DNA from: Phoronis australis | Taxonomy: Eukaryota; Animalia; Phoronida | Assembly (NCBI GenBank): GCA_002633005.1 | Contig: NMRA01000616.1 | Location: forward strand, 109,259-173,258 | Length of the DNA stretch: 64,000 bases | Direction of reading: 5' to 3' | Part shown: positions 43,501 to 55,500 of the stretch, piece after piece | Layout: every line of letters begins with the position of its first letter | Numbering within the stretch: position 1 is the stretch's first letter | Notes under the pieces: generated by a model | Database searches by the model: none | Told to the model about the DNA's origin: nothing | The model's input: the letters and a program-made list of their open reading frames with translations, nothing else | Translations under genes and position numbers: made by a program

Positions 43501-46500
43501 ATTATGCCAGTTGATGCACGGCAGACAGTCTATAACATCTCTTCATCAATGAATTAAAATAGGCATGTGTTGTGCAAAAACATAACTAACTTAAGTTCAT
43601 CAAGCCGGCTTTAAATTACGAAAACAGATCCAAAGAAACAACAACTGATGTCGTTTCGTTGTAGCGTCATGAAATATCGCCCCAGGGGGCGACAATATAT
43701 ATGAGAGTTCACGACATAAGTTGTAGCACGTACGACAATTATGTCGGAATCCGCTCACAAATTGTCACTATCGACATAAATTGTCAACTGGACAATTTTT
43801 GTTGTAGTATAATGCATTGCACCAAACGTCGAAATGTGGATATACTGTAATTGGTGACACAGAGCAACCGGTCCTTTAACGCATGTGTTCACAAAAGTAT
43901 TTCAAATGTAGTGGAGGCAATTCAGCGGTCTGTGAGCATTTATTAAACATTAGTGGACACAATACTGGCATCAATATCATGATAGTTCTGGATCAAGAGC
44001 GTGGATGGTCTAAGAGTGGTGCCAAAGAGGCCATCTTGTTGAACAAGGTTAATCATTCCATTAACATACATGGTGTTGTAAATGTAAAGTTTAGCTGTCT
44101 AACCCTGGTTCCAGAACCATTGACCTATTACCTCAGAGATCAACGACAGCATTGATTGGTTAACAAGCTGCCCCCAACATCACTCTTACACAAGGCCGGA
44201 GACTTGGCCACAACCTCGAATCTACACCTGGTTATGTTATTAATCCAGAATTATAACCTTTTAAACTAAGTCACATAAACATTGCAATAAATCCAAGCAT
44301 TCTAAAATTCGACGAAGATCAAAACCATCACAAGTGTTAGTTTCTGTCCAACTCGATAGAACGCAAACAGTCATTTGTCTCTTGAAATTTTAGAATTTAC
44401 TTTAAATTTGTTGAATTAAAATTGCTTGCAGTTTACCACGTACAGTAACATCAATGTTCGACGGATGCAATACAAACTGTTAAAACGTTCTAGTAGATAA
44501 GGCATGAAAGATCTGGGATTAAAGTACAGTGTAGTCTCCTTTTGTCTATCATCATCTTGAGAAAATTTAATGAGTTTTTATGCGCAGGCATATATATGTG
44601 TGGGTGCATATTGCTGTCTTGAGTTTCTTGATGGATTTTCACGAAAATTGACAAAAAGATTTCTAGTACGGAAATGACGATGCCTTCCCATTTTCGGACG
44701 GATTGGATATGATCTGAGTCACTTAGTGATCATTTTAGGCGCCCACCTCTTCGTCCGTCAAACGGCTCAGTCAAAAGATCATCATGAAACTTTGCAGATG
44801 TGTTTCTTATCTGCGAACTTGCTATGATATTCTATTTTTACATCCGTGTCTGTAGTTTCCTAATCCTTTGCGGTATTTTCGTGAGTGGTGGCTCTAACAA
44901 CTCCCCACACCAATTTGGCAAAGTGGGCAAAAAGTTCCGACTCAGCGAAACAAAAACTCCGGATAAAGTAGGAAACGTGACAAAAGTCCACTATAAAAGC
45001 AAGAACTACCAAAATTCAGCGAATGCACAACTCGTAGCTCTATACTTAGCCCGTGAATCTTAGTATAAGGTCCACAATCTCAAAAATTCGAGCCCCCGCC
45101 CCTTTTTAGGCTGGATGTGCGCCTTTCATTTTCTGGACGCTTTCGACGTGTTCTGCGCCATCTGATCTGATGAGACTGTTTATGATAGTAATAAACAGCA
45201 CATGGAAGCCTTCTTTTTACGATGGAGTCGTTGGACCATTTCAACGCTCCGCGTAACTGTTGTTTGGAAAACCCAAGTGCTTCCAAGGATTAAATGTGTT
45301 ATTACACTAACTAGCAACATTGCCAATTTAGTAACACATTTATTTTCAAATCCAACAACTATATTGAAATGTTTGCAATGGCCGTTCCATCTTTCATCAC
45401 CAGGTAATAATCATTAGAAATTTGCCTCAAATTTGTAGTTTATTGCGAAAAATAAAAAGCTGAGCGTGTTTTTATGACCTAATGCAACATTTGGAAATAT
45501 TTAATTTGCAGTTTTCTTGTTTTTAAATACGTTCTATCCCACGTTCAGTTTGCCAAAGTAGCTGAATTTAACATGGGGAGTTTTTACTTTGATAAAATGA
45601 AATGGTTTGTGGTAACAATAACGTCAAACCAAAATCCTCCCTGGCGTGATCTCAGAAATGTTTTATAAGCCTCCTGTCCTGTACGAGCCACGGCCTATCT
45701 GGCCATCAGTAAGCACCAGTCGATTTTGGTCACCTTGGCTTTCATTTCCGGGTCATGGCATTAATTAAGAGATTACGACTTCGAACCTAAACCTCATTTT
45801 AAATTGTTAGCGTACACTTTAGATGATCTACTTGGAAATTGATCGTGGCGCGATATCTGAAGCAAGAAGCTTAATACTTTATTGATACATTGCATCGAAG
45901 TGTTTGTAGGGCATATCCGGACTCCAGTGGAATTTGGCGATCTTGTCTTCGTTTTCAAGGTCATCGGGAAATGTTGAAACGAGGTCGCATCATGCACTAT
46001 CAAGTTATGTTTGAAATGTAGTATTTCAATAGTATTCATATGGCTACTCTTTCCACAAAAACCATTACCGCATAAAATTATAGCCAGAAACTGCGTATAT
46101 TCAGAGCCGGTGAGGGAAAATTTGTAATGTTGTGAAAATTGGCGTGTTTATTCTTTCCACCGTGAAACGACTCTTGTTCGGATACTATTCTTAAGGTTCA
46201 AGATTAAGCACCATTTGCCGCTATCCTAGGCCGTAAAGTGGGCATGCCAACGGAGTGTTCTCTTTCTTTTTGGCCGTGTCCAGCGGTGGATGGGTCTCCT
46301 TTCCCTCGTAAATGCGTCTGTGTAGAGGAAGTTGATGTAGTTACATGGATATATTGCTTTAATCACGAAACTGCTGCTCTTTCCTAAAGAAACAACGTCC
46401 TTTTCCAGGTGGTTTTTGGCAGCTCAAGAAGTAGAGGCATACTACTTAACCAAACCTCACCGAATTGTTGCTCTTGCTGGAATCTTACAGAACCCATTTT

Positions 46501-49500
46501 ATGACCTACGATTTCCCAAGTAAGGAATTTAAGACGTCGAATAATAACTTGAGTGGCAGGAATTTGTACAATATCACAGTTCGGGTAATATTCAAGCAGG
46601 CAGCGAAATTTCCGCATTGGGTATTAACGCGATTGGCGCTTTAAGGGGTGTACGTTCATGGCTGCTGGTAGAAAATAACCACCTCGAATACAACATCGTC
46701 CCCTTTGTGATGTCGCCACGAAGTGGTTAGCTGGAAAAAAATATTTCTCAGGGTGGTACTAATAGGTATTCGGTGATGTAACTAGCATTTGGTGAAATCA
46801 TCAAAACTGGCTTCGGAGTCCCTTGTATTAAATCGATTTGTCAAATAAAAGATGGAAAATTATCACAGGGCTTGCATTTGCCGTGGTTTGAAATGTCATA
46901 TACATGCTTATTTCAAACTCAATCGCTTGTGGTGGTGTGTTTAACTCGTAAGTACTGTATACAGTACATGCAACTTAACTTTCTCATTCGACAAACCAAA
47001 TACTGCGTAATTTGATTTTGTAATGTTTTAATTGCCTTTTTGTTGACAGGTCCTTGGAATTTGCGACCTTAGGCATGGTCATTGGACACGAAATTGTTCA
47101 CATATTTCCTACAGGTAAACCTATCTACATGCTGAATTTCCGAAAGATCCGTGAAGAGACGCAGTAGAACTCAATTAATTAACGAGCAATCACCGGAAAT
47201 TCTCGACCACTCGAGAACGGTACATTTCCGATAGCTCTTGAAACGATGCATCTGATTCAATTTAACAAATTCTAGAAAAATTTCTCCAGTGGAGCTCTGG
47301 TTCGACAAACGAAAAGTGTGAAAAAATGATCGCGATATAAACAATAGGCTTCGAGCCATACGCAAACCACATATTATATGTATGTTTCATCCTGATGGGA
47401 TAAGAAATATGACCTGTAGCCTTGTGTGTGTAAAACAAAGAAACTAATGACAAAGCAACACACTACAAGCTTTATGGGAAAGCAACTTACTATTGAAAGA
47501 AATTATATTTCACTTGCAGTAATGTAAGTTAAGCCTGTACTCACCACCTCTTAAAAACGAGCTTAGACTCGTCCAGTCGACGACAACGCCACCAAGAGAG
47601 TAATCAAGACGGCGGGTTGCCGTTGGAAATATCTCGCATGTTTTTCATTTTAGTGGTGAGTACTGTCTCAACTTACTTTACTATGAGTCTGCTACGACGG
47701 ATTAGATTTCATCAGTATATATTTCAATTGGTAGATTTATTTAACAATCACCGAATCATTTTGCTCGCCTCGGGTGGATTTTCTTTTTCAAAAAAAATAG
47801 AAATTAAAAAACATTGGACCACCGACTCGACTTTTGAAAAAAGAGACCAGAACCAATTATGTTTTTACTTGATGCCCTTTGCCTGGATTTCGTCTACGTT
47901 AGCGGGTAATCCTCAGTAAAGTAAAACCACATTGATAAGTTATGAAGTGTAGTCTTGTACGCGTATCATTTGACGTGCCCATGGCTGTTTTAATCGTTTT
48001 CTTGAGTTTCTAAACCATTACTAAATTTATCTCGATAATACAATCATCCAGAATGATAAAAACTTTCCGAGGAAGGTTTTAACCCGTGTCTTTAACTTAT
48101 GCATCTCGTTAGCTATAGTGGCGGATCTAGGATATCACAAGGGGGGGGGGCAACATTTTGTCCGGCTGTAAGCATTTGCGCAAACTGAACCACGATTGTA
48201 GATGCGCACAGCACCGAATCAAGCATTTTCCTTGATTTCTGAAGTATTATCCAAGAAAAAAANNNNNNNNNNNNNNNNNNNNNNNNNNNNNNNNNNNNNN
48301 NNNNNNNNNNNNNNNNNNNNNNNNNNNNNNNNNNNNNNNNNNNNNNNNNNNNNNNNNNNNNNNNNNNNNNNNNNNNNNNNNNNNNNNNNNNNNNNNNNNN
48401 NNNNNNNNNNNNNNNNNNNNNNNNNNNNNNNNNNNNNNNNNNNNNNNNNNNNNNNNNNNNNNNNNNNNNNNNNNNNNNNNNNNNNNNNNNNNNNNNNNNN
48501 NNNNNNNNNNNNNNNNNNNNNNNNNNNNNNNNNNNNNNNNNNNNNNNNNNNNNNNNNNNNNNNNNNNNNNNNNNNNNNNNNNNNNNNNNNNNNNNNNNNN
48601 NNNNNNNNNNNNNNNNNNNNNNNNNNNNNNNNNNNNNNNNNNNNNNNNNNNNNNNNNNNNNNNNNNNNNNNNNNNNNNNNNNNNNNNNNNNNNNNNNNNN
48701 NNNNNNNNNNNNNNNNNNNNNNNNNNNNNNNNNNNNNNNNNNNNNNNNNNNNNNNNNNNNNNNNNNNNNNNNNNNNNNNNNNNNNNNNNNNNNNNNNNNN
48801 NNNNNNNNNNNNNNNNNNNNNNNNNNNNNNNNNNNNNNNNNNNNNNNNNNNNNNNNNNNNNNNNNNNNNNNNNNNNNNNNNNNNNNNNNNNNNNNNNNNN
48901 NNNNNNNNNNNNNNNNNNNNNNNNNNNNNNNNNNNNNNNNNNNNNNNNNNNNNNNNNNNNNNNNNNNNNNNNNNNNNNNNNNNNNNNNNNNNNNNNNNNN
49001 NNNNNNNNNNNNNNNNNNNNNNNNNNAACACTAAAACTGCACACATTTAAATCTTGTTTCATCCGTATAGTTTTAATTAATTAATTAATAAACTCACCCT
49101 TTCCCTATGCTCTTACTTTTATTTTTTTGCGGCAGCCAAGGGGGGGGGGGCGGGCCCCCTGGGCCCCCCCTAAATCCGCCTATGCTAAGAGACCTACTTG
49201 TTCATGGTCCACGGCGTTTGCGCGCGAAACCTACTTCTTTTTGTAATGCTTATTACGCGTTTTATACTTTGTGCCATCAATTCTTAACAAATTTGTCGTA
49301 TTTAAGATAGTCTTCAAATGCCCAAAAGACCAAATCCGTTTTTCGTGTTGGCAATAATGACGGCATTGCTTTGGAAATCGTCTTAAGATAAGGTTTGACA
49401 AAGAGAGTATTGCGAGTTTCTGAGAAATTCCCTAAGGCTTCGATTAAAATTCACATCTTACCAGCAGCTTGTTTTTTCATCGTCACTCAGGTTCCCATTT

Positions 49501-52500
49501 CTTTAAAAAATGAAGGTAAATTTTCTTCATTGCACAGTGAAGCAGACGACGGAAACGGAGTCGTAGTGCGCAGCGTCACTGCCGGTCGCCTGGGATATCG
49601 CGGGAGAGCCTATATACTCAGCCATAGTTCCGTTAAAAATGCGCCGTGTTCCGAATTTGGCACTTGAAATTGGATTTGAGCCCCCCCCAACACTAAAACT
49701 GCACACATTTAAATCTTTTTTCACCCGTATAATTTTAATTACCGGGGTTTATTAATAAAATCAACATTTAAATGTTGAGTAGGGAATTCCCTACGCTCTT
49801 ACTGTTTTATTTTTTGCGGCAGCCAAGGGGGGGGGGCGGGCCCCCTGCCCCCCCTAAATCCGCCTATGAGCTATGCAATCTTGGAAACGACTTTGTAACT
49901 CGTGGGATCGACTTTTTGTTTTTATGTCAATTTGAGGGCTCCATATACATAATGTAGCAATGAAAGTGTGCCCAACATTGGCAGTGGATGAGCTTCGGTA
50001 TTTGCTTTCTTATTTTAAAAATTAAAAGAGCCTATCTCGAAGCGATGCCATTGTAAACTGTGAGAGATCGCTCAGATATAAACACTTGCACAGAGAGTAG
50101 TGGTCCAGAGTCCATGCATTTCAGTAGGCTACACACTTTTTTGTCAGTGTCTAGTAGTTGTGGGAGTTGGAATTTTTCCAGATTCCATTATGGTTGGATC
50201 CTGATTCGGTTTTGAGTGACACTACCGCTTAGTAGTGTCAGGGCTGTTCGTTCAGATAGGCAGGAGACTAGGGCTGCACTCCGTAGACGGAAGAATCTCG
50301 CGAGTGAAGCTCTTGTGGTCACGCGCTAGGCTTGAATTATGCTTAGCAATATCCCACAAGGTCTTGAGACGTCTCGCATTTGCGAAAGATTTTTGCGTCT
50401 ACGGAACGCAGACTGGATCAAGACATGGGGTTCTGTTTCTATAAGGAACAGCGGATGCACATTGCACTACTCTGCCAAGTGGGGATTTGCGTGCTGCAAG
50501 CGAGGCTTCCAAATTTCTCAAAGAATTACACTTTTCAGGAATGTGTTTCTACATTTTCCGATTATTGTCATCGCCGATAACGAAAGTTCCCATTGACTGT
50601 GACCCAGTTTTGCTCCATGATGGCACAAACCAGCTGAATCTCATCGGCAAACTCAGATTCGAATGGGAGTAAATACTCCAAATATATTCATGATTTGATT
50701 TCAGCTTGTGCAAGGTTTCTCGAAGTGTGACTTGCACCTGGTTTATATCGCAGTTTTGTTTCGACTACAGCACATAGACCCGGGGCCTGGATTCTGTTGA
50801 AAATTACTTAACATCTTCAAAGACGATTTTATGTGGAGATTGGCGAATGATTCAGTAATGAACTTCTCAGTTTCTGTGTCACATAATCTCTCACTGGATT
50901 CACTTTGCCACGAGATCTTGTAGTCTATGTCCTTCCAGAACTTGGTGTTTCTCACTCCTGGTACGGTTTCTTAATGACCCCACGTTTTGAAATCTAGTGA
51001 TTTGCTCAATACTGAATTTTCATGCTATAGTTAAGTCGAACTTCGTAGGCTTTTCGGTCACTGGTTATTAGTTGCGATGGCCTCCTCTTTTAAGTTTGAT
51101 GAATTAGCAAAAAGGGAATTATGCTGACTAAATTATTGTCAGTGTCATGGGTTGCATGTATTTTGTGACACGTCATATATCGATTGTTCCTTTTTATTTC
51201 AGGTTCAATCCTCAACGTTGAGAAGACGTGCCTAGTAAACCAGTATTCGTCTTATAAAATCAATGGAAAACATGTGAGTCTTGTACTTTTTGGTGGTACT
51301 GGCTTCACGAGCAGAAGTGACAGATATCATTCAACAACGTTTTCAAGCATGGTCTCATGATGCCCCGGGTCACTGAAAGCATTACTACCTGTTACCAGAT
51401 TTATGCTTTGGGGTTGCAACTTTTTTGAGCTGGATACATTTACACCTTGAGCCCCGGAATCCGACCGTGTTAAACTTGCAGGTAAAAACATAATCAATCG
51501 ATAAAGCGTTCATCTACCTTCCGACCACCGCCTGAAAGAAAATTTTACGTGTGTGCGTTCGTATAGACGCAAGAATCTCACGAAGGAAGGTAGTGTGATC
51601 ACGCGCTTCGCTTGCAATCCTTGGCGATATCTCACGAAATTTTGCGTGATCACTCGACCACCCCCAAATCAGAAGGCTACTTTCCGATAATGTTTGTAGT
51701 GGTTGGACTCTATTTATCCATTGCAGCTGCAAGTGTCAGTGTTATGTGAATTCTAGTAAGGGCGTTGACAGGAAGCCTTAGCTTGTGAACGATCTTCCTT
51801 TACAGATTCCACATGTTTACGCGGTATAAGTGAAGACATAACGTTGAAGTAGTCCTAACGGAGTAGGTAGATATCCACTCCAAACATAGGTTTCGACCAT
51901 CTGTAGATGATTTTCTTAGAGCTTTAGAATTTTTTAAAAATTTATTTGCTGTTAAATAACAAGGGCGCCACCGAGATGCCATCTCCTGAACAATTTCACG
52001 GTTTGTATTTTCTGCTGGGAGCCTTGTCCATGCCAATTTTTGCCGTCTTCTCTCGATATGTTAAAAAGAGTGCAGTTAGTCGAGGGCCATTTTTTACTGC
52101 ATCAGACGTGCGCAGGTCTCATGGTTGGGCCCATTGCACGTAAAACCTGAGCAAAGAGCACGAGAGCCCCCCGTTATGGATCAACGTGAAGCAAGGTTTC
52201 AAGTCTGCCTGTCTCCTTTAAGAAAACGAACACACTTCCATTTGTTTCCATGCACTATACATGTATGTTGTAGGAATGTAATAGTGCCATCCGGTAGGTT
52301 GCTCCTTAGCCTATAAAAAGCTGGGTAAGAATATACCAGGTGTTCCTGAAGTAATCTTTTCCTGATTATGTCTCCGAATGTATACCTATATGTCGGATCT
52401 CGCACATATATGTTGTAATTGATAGGTGAATGGTGAACGTACGTTTCCGGAGAACATTGGTGACGGTGCAGGAATTCATGCTGCTTATGCGGTAGGTAAA

Positions 52501-55500
52501 ATATAAATAATACCAGGAAGAGATCTTCCTGATAATACCCAGTTTAGGATTGTACTAGACCGTTCTCTGCTTCAAATTTGCATGAAACAAGAACAAAAGA
52601 TGACATTCGAAACAAAACTAGCTCGTATTGTTTCGAAGAGAAGGACGATAAGGTAAATCTCTATTGGAATATGAAGTAGGTGCTGCTGCGAAACAGTTAT
52701 ACATGCCATAGTTTTCCCGTCAGGAAAAAATGCCGCAACTTATTGCCCCCAATGTGAACATTACAATATTATAAAAATTATATGAAAATATATACGTATC
52801 AGATGATTGGAAAACCACTGACTTGATATGTTGTGGTGGTTTTCTACATCTGCAAGTTAATATGTGACGCAAGAAGAGGAGGTAAGAATAGAATTAGATT
52901 CACTATGAAAATGCTAAGAATATAATGATTTATTTTAGGCTTACGAAAAGTGGATATCAGAGAATGGCAAGGAGCAGCCTCTTCCAGGCTTGAACTTAAC
53001 TCACAGACAGCTGTTCTTCCTTGGCGTTGCACAGGTGAGTGAGAGCAGGTGAAGGGGAGGATGACGTTGGATGCAAGGAGGAGGGAAGAGGAAGGGAGCG
53101 AGACCAACGCTTACATACACTGTATAATTGGTACCTGGTCTTAGAATCGGTCATTTTCATTGTAGTCAATTATAATTGGACTTTTTGGCAGAAAAAGACA
53201 AGTTTTATCAAAGAATTGCACATCCGTACAGCAACACGTCATTTTGAGTTTGGACTGTTCGGATGACTAAGAAATTGGAAGAAGAGGATTACAGACTATA
53301 CCAAATATTTTGGTTACATTGCCTACACTTCTGGTTAAAAGTGCAAAGAAATAATGAAAGGGTTTTTGTCAACAAGTGATTTGTAATAACTGAATATATT
53401 TCCTGCAGCTTCACTGTTCGTCTAGTACTGAAGAACAGACAGATGTGGAACTGGAAAAGGAACTGCACTCCCCTTCCATGTATAGGTACATGTATATATG
53501 TGGCTGAGTTGCTTTTATGGAGGTTGCTAGACTTCTTTGTCGACAGCCATTGATTCAAGCTGTCGATGTAAAAAAATACTGTGACGATCTCTTAAATATG
53601 CAACCCGAAATCATTGTTTTGTGTTTTGCAAATTGATTATTTTGTAATAGAGATGAAAGTTTTACAAACCACGTTCGGTTACAATTTCATGTGTCATGCT
53701 CTCCAGTGGGTGGGTAGTCAGATCTTGCATCAGGTGTCAGTTTGTGCAACTATTGTCCCATACTTATGGTAGTAAGGAAAGTATAAAAATAATGCTATTT
53801 CAGATGGAGGGGAGAACTTTTTTATGTAGTTGAGTTACGAACTTTTAACTAAAAGATCTCATTGTAAACAATCTAGTGCTTGAACTTTGAGTGTGAACTT
53901 AAACAGATTTTGTGTGAGTGCAAACACGGCCAACGGTAAAACAAATTATAGGGTTGGTGTACCTAACCACTAATTTTTGTCTTTTTCTAGAGTCATTGGG
54001 AAATAGTCTTGTCACGGTTAGGAATGTTATGAGGTCAATTTTATCAGCTAAGGTGGTTCAATTCATTTTTATGCGATGCGCTCACATAGTTATATGTGGT
54101 CGCATGTTGCCGTCATCTCTGTCTGGGCGTCCGACGTCCGCGGCTGTATCTGCTAAACCCTTGCAGGATCTTATTGCAATTCGGCAAGTGTGTTCCTATG
54201 GGGTTGGCGACAGAGGGCGACGAGTTTCGGACCAACCCGAACACCGCTGTGCCCCCTAGCGGCAATTTTTTTACGGTCGTCTCTGTACCTTCACAGGTCC
54301 TCAACTGATTTTGATGAAACTTAACACATAGGCATCTATTAATGAGTTGACGCTATCCTCCCGTTTTCGGATAGATTCGAGGCATTTGCGCCATCTAGTG
54401 GCCATTTTTGCTATTTTCGAGTCATTTTTTGGCGTCGGACCCCCTAACAACCAAACCACTCTACGGTGATTGTAAAAATTGGCATGTATGTTCTTACTAT
54501 AAAGAATACAGTTAACGATGATTTTCCAACGACTTCGACTACTGTGGCACCTCCTAGTTTCAGTTTTGTTTGTTTTTGCTCCCATGGCTGTATCTCCTAA
54601 ACGCTCTGCAGGATCTTTATTGAATAGTCCTTTTGCGAGTTCATAACAATAACGCGACATTATGTGAGACTTAACTGTGACGTCACGGGAACTGGGGCAA
54701 AAGCTTGTCGTTTGGCCATTTGCCCAATACGGTAGCAGAGTGTATTCTGTTATTTTCTTCGAGTTTTTAGGCGTTTAGTTCGAAAAATGCCAAACAAGCA
54801 TACCTGTTATGGCAAATGAAATTCAGATTCGCACTAGAATACGTTCTATCGTGTTCTGCACTAATTTCGTCCCGTGTATTTTAAGTTTTCAGCTAGTCAA
54901 AAATACATTCTACACCTAAAATTATCACCTAAAAAGGCGCTTACTTTCTTCAATGATTCTTTCTGCTTCTAAGCATATCTTCGATGAAGCATAGTTACGG
55001 GAATTCAGGTGACTTTGGCGAAGAATTCCAACACCATTTTGTGGTTATTGTTAACTTTGACCTCGCGAGCGATAACCCCGAAGTATTTCAACTGAATCAA
55101 GTGAGTACGAGGCAAAGGCTAGCGCGAGACTGAGCGAAGCGCGAGAAATGGCACGTGACCAGGCGCGTGACACTTGCAAAATAGCATGAGGAATTATCAA
55201 GTGAAATTTGTAAGATTTGTGTCCCTTGGACTTTTTGTTCGTCAACAGGTGTGATTTCACGTAACTTGCTCAAGATGGCGCCCAGTGAGAGAAACTCGAG
55301 CGAACCACGAGGTTTTCATGGATATGTTCAAGTTTTTTGTAGACTAAATTGTGTTCAGAGTCAGGGTATTAGTTAATTATAACTCCATGTTTCATTTGAT
55401 TTCATTTGCTGTATTTTGAAGTGAGTAACTTTTGATGGGGATACACTATCACCCCTGTATGCCTGCGGCATTCAGGCCTAGACCGGGTTGAGTTCCAATT

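Noticed and set aside
48202-49062. Long ORFs of 271-282 aa
   Set aside because: Artefacts of the N gap.
50182-50215. ccag|[11 protein letters not shown] as the missing WW segment
   Set aside because: Open only in phase 0; in the required phase 1 it hits a stop after 7 codons.
50240-50980. Coding-looking stretch with several short ORFs
   Set aside because: No recognisable motif in the frames I read; possibly an old element but not supportable.
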